This document shows, piece by piece, positions 33,755 through 44,200 of a stretch of DNA of 61,898 nucleotides. Positions within the stretch are counted from its first letter, which is position 1. Each line of letters opens with the position of its first letter. Both the position numbers and the translations under genes were made by a program. Below the pieces are notes generated by a model. That model was not told the origin of the DNA, did not search any database, and was given only the letters and a program-made list of their open reading frames with translations. This DNA is from Craspedostauros australis (lineage: Eukaryota): positions 1 to 61,898 of the forward strand of contig JALAGF010003123.1 of assembly GCA_030167865.1 (NCBI GenBank). Direction: 5' to 3'.

Positions 33755-35205
33755 TGTCGTATTCGTACTAGCGTACGAACGAAGCCAATTGCGATTGCGG
33801 GCGATGATGTTCTGTGTTTGAGATGCCGACAATGGGGGGCTCCTTGCGATGATTGACTTGGACAATGCGTATCGCAAAGACGATTGCTTCACTTCCAAAT
33901 CCTCTTGTGCCGTTTGGAATGGTGTTTGCAATAGAGTGTGAAGGAGTACCACGATGCATCAGATCGCAACGCAAGCATCGCGAGCCATCCATCCATCCAT
34001 CCATGCATTCATTGACTCGTTCCCCGATCCCTTCGTTTGTAGTTGTACTGACTGCACCATGAAGATGGGCACAATGAAGACGAGAGCAGCCAGAGCGTTG
34101 CATCCATCTACCGCATCGTGTGAACTCCGAGCCTGACCTGCGTCTCTCTTGCGTGACCTGGCAAGTAAGTCATCACACACATGGTCAACTCTTTGTATCT
34201 TTTGCCATGACTGTCTTCTCTTGCGGTTGGAGCATTCATACCAGTGTGTGTATGTGCGCGCCGTGACAATGCTGCAACGAGCACCAACGTTCATGTCGTG
34301 CGCAGTCCACGGAACGTGTGGGTCCGTGCCGTTGCAAGATACTCAATGGATGCACGCCGATGCCGCCACCATCGTGGGAGTGGCTATCCTCCACGATCCC
34401 GGGGATCTTCTCTTCTTGTGTGTCGATCATGACAGCATCCGCGTCATTGCCAGCGTCATTGCTGATACCATCGTGTTGGATTCTTGTGGAGCGCGTTTGG
34501 TCGAACGAGAATTTGGATTTTGGCAAAGTTGAGCTGATAACGGCAATTCAACCGTCGAGGAACTTCCACCATCGGAATTGGGTCACGGAAATGCGGATGC
34601 CGACTCAAGAACGAGAAGAGAAGCACCATGGCGCGTGTGTGGTTGACGCTTGTTGTTGACATGCGGAGACACCACTGTTCTGGACGCGCTTCGGAGATTC
34701 ACGTCATGGTCGAGGAACAGATTCGGATGTTGACATGATTCGATGGCACACAAGAGGGTGAATTCCTTTTGCGCGCGCTCGGTCGTGACATTGAGACGGG
34801 CAGTTGGCCTGCGCATTCCGGTCAATTTCGGCTCCGGTGATGGCGCGACGAGAACGATGTCCCACGGCGGCGCCTTCTCCAGGCTCCAACTTGTTGGCGT
34901 GGATGGAAGTACGAGCGGTCTGCTCTATGTTTGTGTGTGTTTGATCTATGGTATGTTAGCGTTTATGTGTGGTTGTGTTTATTCATAATGGTTGGTGCAT
35001 GGAATCGGCGCGCGGAGAGTAGAAGAGGAGGTGCTCGTTTGATGGTGAACTTGCCTCTCCTTTCTCGTTGCCGAGCGTTGGGCTCTGTTAGTTTGTCTGT
35101 GACGCAAGCATGACCGTGTGTGTGTAAAATTGTGTGATGAAAAGAAGAGCCTTGTCGAGTACGGTCGAGCAGAGTGTGGTGCTCTTTGGAGCATGGCTGT
35201 CTGCT

Positions 35206-35979
35206 CTAGAGTTCGAAGTCGAAGATGTCGTCATCTGTCTCCCCCTGGAACTCGTCGTCGTAGTCTTGGTTGTCGAAGCTCTGCACCAACGCCTCGTTGC
35301 CAAAGTCCTCGAACGCGGCAATGTCGCAGTCGCGTGCCTGCTCCAAGGCTTCGCCGACCACGGAGATGAGCTGCCCGCGTGAGAGGTTGCTTCCTGGTGT
35401 GGAGGCTCCACCGTACAACGACGAGGACACCGGAGGCGAGAGGAGATGGCGCTCTGCCTTGGCGGATGGACGTGCCTGCTTGAGCCTGGCGTTTTGGATG
35501 CGTTCGTACATGCGCCACGTGTTGCGGTTGTACTCTTGCTCCAAGGTCTTGTGGGAGCAGGCCATGAGGGCTGGTATCCTCTCGGCTTCTCGGCTCACGT
35601 TGAGGTAGTCGTCTGCCGATCGCGAGACTCGGCCGTGCATGAATCGCGGCGAGTGGGCGGGACTAACAATCATCACGCTTTCTTCGCCATTCAACGAGAA
35701 GTCGTCGTCGCCGTGCGACGCGAATTGCTGCGGCTTGTGTGGCATCTGTTGGTCGATGGAGCGTGGTGGTTCTTGTTGTTGCTGGTGATGTTGTTGAGTG
35801 CTGATGGTACTGTGATCGGCAACAGAGGATGGGTAAGCAAAGCTCGATGCAAGCATGTGAGTCAGTGCCGATTCCGGTCGTGATTGGAAGTCCATGCTGG
35901 TGGCCTTGGTGGACGTTGCTGAGTTGGATGGTTCAGCGAGCATGCTGGAGGAGAGCAGTGATAGTGGTGATGGTCTCAT
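35206..35979 (-). CDS. Small diatom-type hypothetical protein (Y..TWRMYERI motif; C-terminal DDDIFDFEL)
   Basis: The ORF extends to 36162, but the upstream part is CA-rich and UTR-like. It contains a helix 'YNRNTWRMYERIQNAR' and an acidic-hydrophobic C-terminus. Confidence 0.75.
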   Translation of the reverse strand: MRPSPLSLLSSSMLAEPSNSATSTKATSMDFQSRPESALTHMLASSFAYPSSVADHSTISTQQHHQQQQEPPRSIDQQMPHKPQQFASHGDDDFSLNGEESVMIVSPAHSPRFMHGRVSRSADDYLNVSREAERIPALMACSHKTLEQEYNRNTWRMYERIQNARLKQARPSAKAERHLLSPPVSSSLYGGASTPGSNLSRGQLISVVGEALEQARDCDIAAFEDFGNEALVQSFDNQDYDDEFQGETDDDIFDFEL

Positions 35980-36420
35980 GGTGATTGTCTGTGTTGGATG
36001 GTGTGTTGGATGGTGGATGTCGGATGATGGGCGGTGTCGAGAATGGATGTGTGGTATTGTGAGGTCTTGGTATGAGATGATGGAAGTTGAACTGACGAAA
36101 GTCGATGGAACTGGAGTTTGTGTTTGGAGCGTGCTTCCGTCCTTGTGGGTGTGAAAGAGCAACTGGTTTCGCGGAAGTTCGTCTGCAGATTCTTTTTTGG
36201 GTGGCTCCTGACAGAGCGTCCTCAGCTGCCTCTGACTACTCGCAGAGAGTCACTGCGTTGTGCTCGTGTCTATTTCGCTTCTCCCTCTATCGCTGTTTCG
36301 GCGGTTCCGTGGTGGCTCCTCTTCCCGTTTGTTTTGCTGTCGTGTTTGTTCCTTGATTCCTTCGTTCTTCCATCCTGTGTGTGGCTCTGCGTGCACGCAG
36401 CGTAAGGAACACATGACACG

Positions 36421-36767
36421 ACACGTCAAAGTGCGTGTCAGGCACGTCCAAAACTGCCCAGAACAAGGAGAGATTCTCTCACGGCACACCGACGCGTACC
36501 GCCGATCCAAGGCAGGAAGTTTCGTTTTCTTGATTCTGCTGCGACACGGCGAATCGCACATTCCCCAACCGATTCCCTTGACGTCACGTGTGGCTTGCAC
36601 GCACCGCAGCTTTGCTCGCACCACACGACGCGTACGCACGAAGGAACACAGTCGGAGCTGCGTACTCTTTGGCTGTACAGTGTGTGCTCGTACTGCCCAA
36701 CTCAGAATCTTCTCTTCCACAGATTCAACTGAAGTTCGTCGGATGGATGTGCTTGTTGTGACGTCAC
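36421..36767. promoter_or_regulatory. Cluster of bZIP-type ACGT elements (ACGTCA 36423, TGACGTCACGTG 36579-36590, GTGACGTCAC 36758-36767)
   Basis: Two perfect CRE palindromes TGACGTCA, one overlapping a G-box CACGTG, in the divergent intergenic region. Confidence 0.5.
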
Positions 36768-37837
36768 GGCGCCTTCAAAAAAGAAACAGAAACATGCACA
36801 CCAGAAGGCCCAACCAGATTTCTTAAATTGACAAACTAAGGAATCTGGGAGGGTGCTGCAAGGGGAAGAATGTGACACGCCCGCTGTTCATGCCTTGTTT
36901 CACCGATGGAGAACTGCGATTGGCTCACATGCGACAGCGGTGGTTAATTGTTCGCAAGTCACAACTTCTCCAAACGACACCAAAGAACATGCATAGTTCC
37001 GCCCAACAGATTCATGAGAGCGCCAATGGAGCGAGCCAAGGTGGCGCCAACCAGCGCACAAAATTCGTTGCAACTCGCAACACTCGCTGTGTTGTCCAAC
37101 ATCGACAAGAGTGCTTGTGTTGCGAAGTATGGTTGGTACCAATACAGCAGCGCACACGAGAATGAGTCTTCCTCCACTTTGAAATGCAGGCCTACGAGCT
37201 CGACAGGATGGGTTAGGATCCAGTGGACAGCATCATTTCAGATTCGAGCATCGACCCAGATTCGGGCATGGCGGAGAGGCAACAACCGAATGGGTTTGAA
37301 CTGGTCACCATCGACAAAAATTCAAGTGCTTGGGACATCCCCAAGGCAACCACGATAGATCCAGCGCATGACTGCCCTCGTCCTGATCATAATTGCCACA
37401 GACGAGCTGATAAATCCGAACCAAACGAGAAACGGCATCGGCAGTGATAGTCGACAAACATAGAACCGCCTCCGCACTCCGATTCCTTGCGGCCACAAAC
37501 TCCTGCTTTGTCCGTCACGCTCGTTCCTTGCGCTTTGCCGACCATCGATTCCACCAGGAAAAGAACACACAAAGAACGACCAATGTCATTGTTTGGGATG
37601 GACGGCTGTGGTTCGTTCGTGTTTTTGGTGCAGTTCCGACCAGGGCGATCACAAATACGGATGAATGTCAAAAATAGGTCTTTATCAGTGCTTCAATCAA
37701 GCTCCAATCTTGGTCTTTCTGGCGTCTGACATGCCATCCGTCTGAAACCAACCAAAATCGGAACAAGATGGATCTTCGGGTCGATGGCTGTCGTGGAGAA
37801 AGACATCAAAACAGGCACCAACAGAACAGGAGGCATC

Positions 37838-37866
37838 AGAGACAGAGACAGAGACAGAGACAGAGA
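37838..37866. repeat. (GACAGA)n hexanucleotide microsatellite in the PRS leader
   Basis: AGAGACAGAGACAGAGACAGAGACAGAGA seen directly. Confidence 0.9.
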
Positions 37867-38011
37867 TTGGCAGATGTTGATGGGCAACAGCAGCACAGAT
37901 CCCAACCCAGCGGAATTCAGAGACTCCAACATCACAGAACAACATCACAGAACAACATCAACCCGCACCACTCAAAAGATCGTCTTCCACCGCTCCAAAG
38001 TGTCCATCAAG

Positions 38012-38605
38012 ATGATGCAGGCATCGATCCGTCGCTTGATCCATTCTTCCTCGAGACGATCCGTCGCATCGTCGGCAGGCAGATTGTTGCGATCGCCAAC
38101 GGGAAGGCGCATTGCAAAGACCACGGCGGCAGCCATCTCCACGCAGACGCAAGCACAGACGCAAGCACAGACGCAAGCACAGACGCAACCATGCAGCGAC
38201 GCGTCCAACCTGGCCGGATGGACCGCAGCAGCGTTGGCGGCGACGTTGGGTGCGACCTTCGCGGCGACCGCCGATCAGGATGAATCCGCCACGGCGCCAT
38301 TCTCGCTGCGGCAACGGCTCTCGACGCTCAAGTCCAACGTCACGATGTGCGACACATTGCCGAGCTTCGGCAGCAGCAGCGATCCCATGGTCACCGGCAA
38401 GCCCATGGAGCACGATCCCATCGAGACGCTCTACTTGGATCGTGCCGTCTTCAACCGCCGCGACAAGCAGAGGGAGCTGGAGGATGTCACGTCGGATCTC
38501 AACAAAGGAGCCAGAGCGCTGGGCGTGTGCCTCCAAACTGCGGAGGAAGATCGCAGAAAGCGAAATGGACATGCTGTCGACGGCAACCGCATTGACAACG
38601 ATGTT

Positions 38606-38636
<31 letters not shown>

Positions 38637-40268
38637 ATGATTGCGAATTCGCCAGGGATGACGACGACGATGACAACAGTGACGACAGCAGTGACGACAA
38701 CCATGGCCGTTTACCTTTCGTTGCTGTTGATGATGCCCATGTGCATGTCGGTGAAGACCACAACGCAACACCCAAGCCAATCGCATTTGCGCAAGCTGCA
38801 ATAGACGCCGAGCATGACAGCGCCAGGGTCGTCAACGCAAACAAGCAGATGTCATGGGCGACACACGATTCCATGGTCACCACGCAGAACATGTACTTCT
38901 ACCGCTCCCCCAAGATCCTCTCTAGGATGGCCAAGAAGTTCATCTTGATGTCGGCACCCCAATCGGAGGACCTTGGCTGCGACGTCGCCCACCTCCTCGG
39001 TCTCGACCTCAACAAAATCGAGGTCGGCAAGTTCAAGGACGGCGAGACGAGCATCAAGCTCGGTGAGTCGGTGCGTGGCAAGTACGTATACCTCATCGGC
39101 GCCACCACGAGCAACGACTCCATCATGGAGATGATGCTCATGGTCTCCTGCCTGCGTCGCGCCAGCGCCAAGCAGATCACCGTCGTCATCCCTTACTACG
39201 GCTACGGCCGACAAGATCGCAAGACGAAGCGAGAATCCATCGCGGCTGCCGATATAGCTCTCATGCTGGAGGAGATGGGTGTGGATCGCGTCATCTGCAT
39301 GGATCTTCACAACGACTCCCTGCGAGGCTTCTTTCCACCGGAGATTCCAGTCGATGTAAGTTGCGGCAACCGTCACACGAACGAATGTATGCACTGCGAA
39401 TGTTTCGTTTTGTCAACATGTAGCGTTTGCTTGATGAGCGGCATCAAACCTGAAAGGACGCATTGGCACATGTACATCTTGCCCGAATTTACCGACATAT
39501 TTTGTGTGCAAGTACTTATGCGGGTGGTTCAATTCGATTTACTCCCACTCACCCACACTCTCTCACGTGCTCACACTAACCCACACCACAACCACACCAC
39601 AACTACCCACGCTCAATCAAACCTGTCCACAACACCAGGATCTGGTGCCAGTTCCCGTTGCCGCAGCCTACTTCCACGAAGAAATGTGCGAGATGAAACC
39701 GCCGGAAGGATGGCAACCGAAACACTCCAAGGACTTCTACTACCCAAAGGTCACCGTCGTCGCATCGCACGAAGGACAGGTGGCACGCGCCACGCAATTC
39801 CGAGACGTCATCCGAAGGCTCAGCCATCAGGATGTCGAACTGGCATTCATCTCCAAGACCAAGCTCAAGACCGGCGATCGGACCTACATCCCAGACGTCG
39901 TCGGCAACGTCGAGGGACGCAAGTGCATCCTGGTGGACGATATCGTCAACACGGGAACCACGTTGCAAACGAACGTCAGCAGGCTATCGGAGCTGGGCGC
40001 CGACGGCATCTACGCGTGGTCCACGCACGGCGTCTTCGGACCGCCGGGATCGGTCAAGACCATCGACAAGATCGATGCCATCGAAGGATTGCAATACCTC
40101 CTCATATCCAACTCGATCATGAATTCGTCCAAGTTGCCGCCGAAGATCCGCCAGCTCAATATCGCGCCGCTCATGGCGGAAGCCATTGCCAGAGCTTTGC
40201 ACAACCAGCCAATCTCCGGAATTTTGAACCTCGAAGAGATGAGGGGGATCGAACGATACGACGGGTAA
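38012..40268 (+). CDS. PRS: Ribose-phosphate pyrophosphokinase (PRPP synthetase) family protein with long N-terminal extension, 2 exons: 38012-39355, 39639-40268
   Basis: FKDGET, ESVRGK, NDSIME, RRASAKQITVVIPYYGYGRQDRK, MDLH, 'PVD|DL', VGNVEGRKCILVDDIVNTGTTL, THGVF and APLMAEAI. The N-terminus resembles a mitochondrial presequence. Confidence 0.92.
39356..39638 (+). other. GT-AG intron (283 bp) of PRS
   Basis: Donor GAT|GTAAGT, branch-like CACTAAC at about 39574-39580, acceptor ACACCAG|; the phase-0 join links the two PRS halves. Confidence 0.9.
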
Positions 40269-41297
40269 TGTATCCCTTCTCTCGTATACGACCCACGTCA
40301 ATGAATACGAGCGTGGATGCGAGCACTGTTGTGCTGACGAGCAAGCTCCGTGTTTGCCGACTGGAGAACGCCCGTACGCATTGGGTGCATTGCGATGTTG
40401 CGCCGCATGTAGCAAAAATGATGTGCCGCCGCCAGGGTGTCACCAAAGCTAACTGCGAAAGCATGCACACAGTATTGGTAGACCGAACTTTTTCCCTTGC
40501 GGAATGATGATGTTCTGTGTCCGTCTTGGCGTGCATCACCTGGACTGCCGTGATTGTCATTGAACGTTCGTATTGGCCATACTCGCAGCTCTGAGGAGAG
40601 AAACGGCGATTGGGGCGAGACTCATAGCACCGAGGCTAATACAAGGAAGTTGGTATGAACGAATATCACATTGTTCTGCAATCATCCACTGCCATTGCGC
40701 TTCCGTGAAAGTGTCATACATATGATGCATACTTGTGGGTTGTATGATGCCACACCAAGCCACCGCCAGACTACGTATTGCCATCGTGCACCATGCTGGC
40801 ATCGGGTGCAATACCACGTATCCACGATCGCTCGTGACATTCCCTGAGCCCGAACTTACTTTGGCTCTCCGCGGTGTGATCTTCAGCCTTCTGGTCACTC
40901 CCGCGACGACCATCAAGAGCTACCAATGCGCTGCCCAACAGACGGCACGCCATCGGTGGGAAACGAAGCGCACAACGATGTCGCGTTGAACTGTGTTGGG
41001 ATGGCACCGTTTCCAGCTTCGCTGTTCTGGCCTGCGATGCAGTACAGCCGATTGCCGCCAAATGCAATGTCGTTGAAACTGTTGTATTTCGTATGGAACA
41101 TACTGGTACTGCTCTACCATTACATTATTATACTCTATGCTGGTATTCGTGCCATCCCTGATGTGGATGATACTGCTACTCCCACAGTTCTCGACAACTG
41201 TGGCGGCCTATGCGTTCCGACGCACCGAGGCGTCGCTCACTCTCCCATGCGTACACTTACATGTACGTGTACGTGTACGCGCGCTCGTGGTTGTGGC

Positions 41298-44200
41298 TCA
41301 CCGCGACATGCGCCTCGCTGCTTCCTTGAAAATGGTGCTCAGATCATCGGACTCCAACCCCTCCAAGGGCAAGGTGGTGTTGACCCCCAGCACCGCCGTC
41401 TTCGATGGCAGTGTGGAAGCTCTGGAGATGTTCGACATCTTCGATGTGGAAAAGGATGTTTCCGTCGACGAGGATGAGGCACGGCTGCATGCGTCCCTCG
41501 AAAACTGCTCATCGGTCTCGTCCAGATCCAGTGTCATCTCGTGGATGGGAAGGTCCATCTGGACGCGCATCTCGGAATTTTTTGCCAAGCCGCTGGCTGT
41601 GCTGCTCCCGTTGCTGCTGGGTGAGGCGCGCCATTTGTTGTTGCCGCCGATGTTGGACATCTGGATGGTGCTGATGCTGTTCTCAAGCGGACTCATGCCG
41701 GAACCTTGACCTGGTCCAGAAGAAGGGGTGCTGGTTCCTCGATCGCTGCCCGTCCCGTTGCTCTCTATCATCCGATCGGACAACGGCTTCGTCTTGGGCG
41801 TTTGGAGATCATCGAGAGTGAAGCTCTCGAGCGAGAGCTTGGTTTCAAATGTGATGCTACTGGTCGTGCTCTGCGCATCAGTTCCGTCGTCGCCGGAGGT
41901 CACGGATGTACCGTCCCTGTTTTTGTCACCGCCGCGAGTGGCAGCCGGAGAGAAAGAAATGGAGTCGATCCGCTCAACTTCGATGATGTTGCCCCTCTCT
42001 CGTTTCTTGCCATCCGCCGTGCTGTTCTCTTGAATGCTGGGCATGGCCGATGAACGCGAGCTGGAACGGAATGATCCCGATGACTGCCGAATCAGACGGG
42101 ATCGTCTTGACCGTGTGGAGGAATCCATGTTGCGGTTGGCCACGGAAGCCTCGCGCAATGCGACGACCAGATCTGCAGAGAGCTGATTTCCAGTCATCTC
42201 CGCACATTCGCGCAGGATGATGTCGATTTCATCGTCCGTGTTCATCGCGTACGACAACGCCGTGCTTCGTGACAGAACGTAGCACAGCTCTCTGGGGACC
42301 TTCTCGGCGTAGGTTTTGCGTAAAAGGCACAGAATGCTCGGTCCCAGTTGTTTGTTGGGGGCGAGCGATTGGGGAGTTGAGGGGGCGCTTCCTTGCCCAC
42401 CCATCATCGGTGGCGGTGGCGGTGGGGCCTGTTCCTGTGTTTGCCCCCCTGAAGCTACGCTCCCCTTGGCCATCGATGACTCCTGATGTCGGTCGCCATT
42501 GCTGCCCGCCGTCCATTGCAGCTCCGATGACTTCGGATCTTCGAGCTCTGAGTCAGTCGATATCTCAGAGAAGTGACCGGACGATTCTCGATTGTACGCA
42601 AACGCGATGCGCGAGGATCGTTTGCCATCGTCATTATCCAGCCTCACTTTCTCCATGCCATTGATCACGTTGACATTGGCATTCGCACCGGCAGTGTCTT
42701 GGTTGGCAGGTTCCTGCACATTTAAGGTATCATTCAATGGCGCAAGGACATCCGAGGGGAGTATCCCGCTGCTGCTGCCGCCGCCACCTTCGCCACCGGG
42801 CTGGTTGGCACGATCGTCCATGTACTGAAGCTCCAGAGCTTTCTCTCGTTCAGGGATGGACCATGGCTGCTGATCGGCCTTGGGCCCCTTCGGCGATAAC
42901 GAAAAGGAGGCGAATGTGGAAGCGGAGTAGTCGAGCTCAGAATCCGATGTCTCCAACTCTCCGACGGTCCCCGCTGCACCGTCCGGGCCTGTGTTGACTT
43001 GGCCCAGTGTCTTGACGAAGTCTTCGGGAACGTCGCCGTTCAGTTCCTTGGCCTCGTCGATGATGTACTGCATCCGAAGCTCATCGTCATCGAGGTCCGG
43101 TTCTGAAATGTAGCTTTCGCTAAGGGCGCTGAAATACCCGCTTGCATTTCCGTAAGAGATCGTGTCTTCGCCGGATCGGTGCTGCTTCTTGAAGTGCTCC
43201 GACAGCGTGAGACCACGGAAGCTCCGAGCTGCAATGCGGAATGATCTTGTAAGTTTCGTGGGCATGTCGATACCCAACGAACCGGATGCCTTCGCCATGG
43301 TGCTTGTGATCATCGTTTCGTGCAGGCAGTTGATATCATGTTCCCCGTCTTTCTGAGTAGCGCTTCGCAGGGCTCCCGCGATTTCACCTGATATCTTTTG
43401 GCCGTATTCATGCTCTGCAGTTGTGATGAACGCGAGAAAGCTCTCATCATATTCTGCCGTGGTTTGATCTTGGTGTTGATCTTGATTTGACAGAGTTTGC
43501 GGATCGATGTTCTTGGTTTCGCTGGGTGGAGTGAGCGTTTCCTTTGCGCCTTCTTCCGTTGGTTCAGCCTCTACTTTCACTGCGTCGGATGACGCTGATG
43601 CTGGTGCTGGTGCGCTCGCTGGTGCCGCCGATGCTGCGTGTGATGTTGCTGCAGAGGCTGAGGACGCGGAGCTGAGCTTGTTGCAAAGTGCAGAGACGAT
43701 GTCGTTGGAGTCCGACACCAGGCTCTTCCCATCATTGTCTTCCTCATCCAAGTTCAACGCTTCCATCATCAATGATGACAAACCGGACATGTTCATGGCA
43801 TCGGTCTCAGAGAGCAGCGTGTGGATAGACGCGCGCTTGAGAGCCTCGATGAGCTCATTCGGTAGTTCCATGCCGAACTGTTCCTGCGTTTCGGCAATGA
43901 TTGCATCGAGCTCGGCGCTGGCGTTCTTCGAATCGTGCATCTCATCCCCGCTTGTGCTGTCAGCGGGGCCCGACAACGACTCCAGCTCTGGAAGTTCCGG
44001 CGATGATGATCCTCGCATCTCGTCAGCAGTTGGTATGCGCGGCGCACCTTCAATGCTGAATGTGCCGGGCGCATATTCGCCATCAATCTTCATATTGGCG
44101 TCACCATCGGCGTCTGCAGTCTCGTTACCGGCAGCCTGCTTGTCATCATTTTCGTACATCACAGACTCAACGCCTGCGGCAATATCAGCTTGTACCGATG

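Noticed and set aside
33960-35100. Small ORFs between the PDZ gene and the TWRMY gene
   Set aside because: No motifs or splice-consistent model.
37784-40507. 907-aa ORF as a single PRS protein
   Set aside because: It is read-through of the 283-bp intron. The PRS C-terminal half lies in another frame, and the leader includes a GACAGA microsatellite.
40557-41280. Short ORFs between PRS and the giant gene
   Set aside because: Convergent 3' region with no coding signature.
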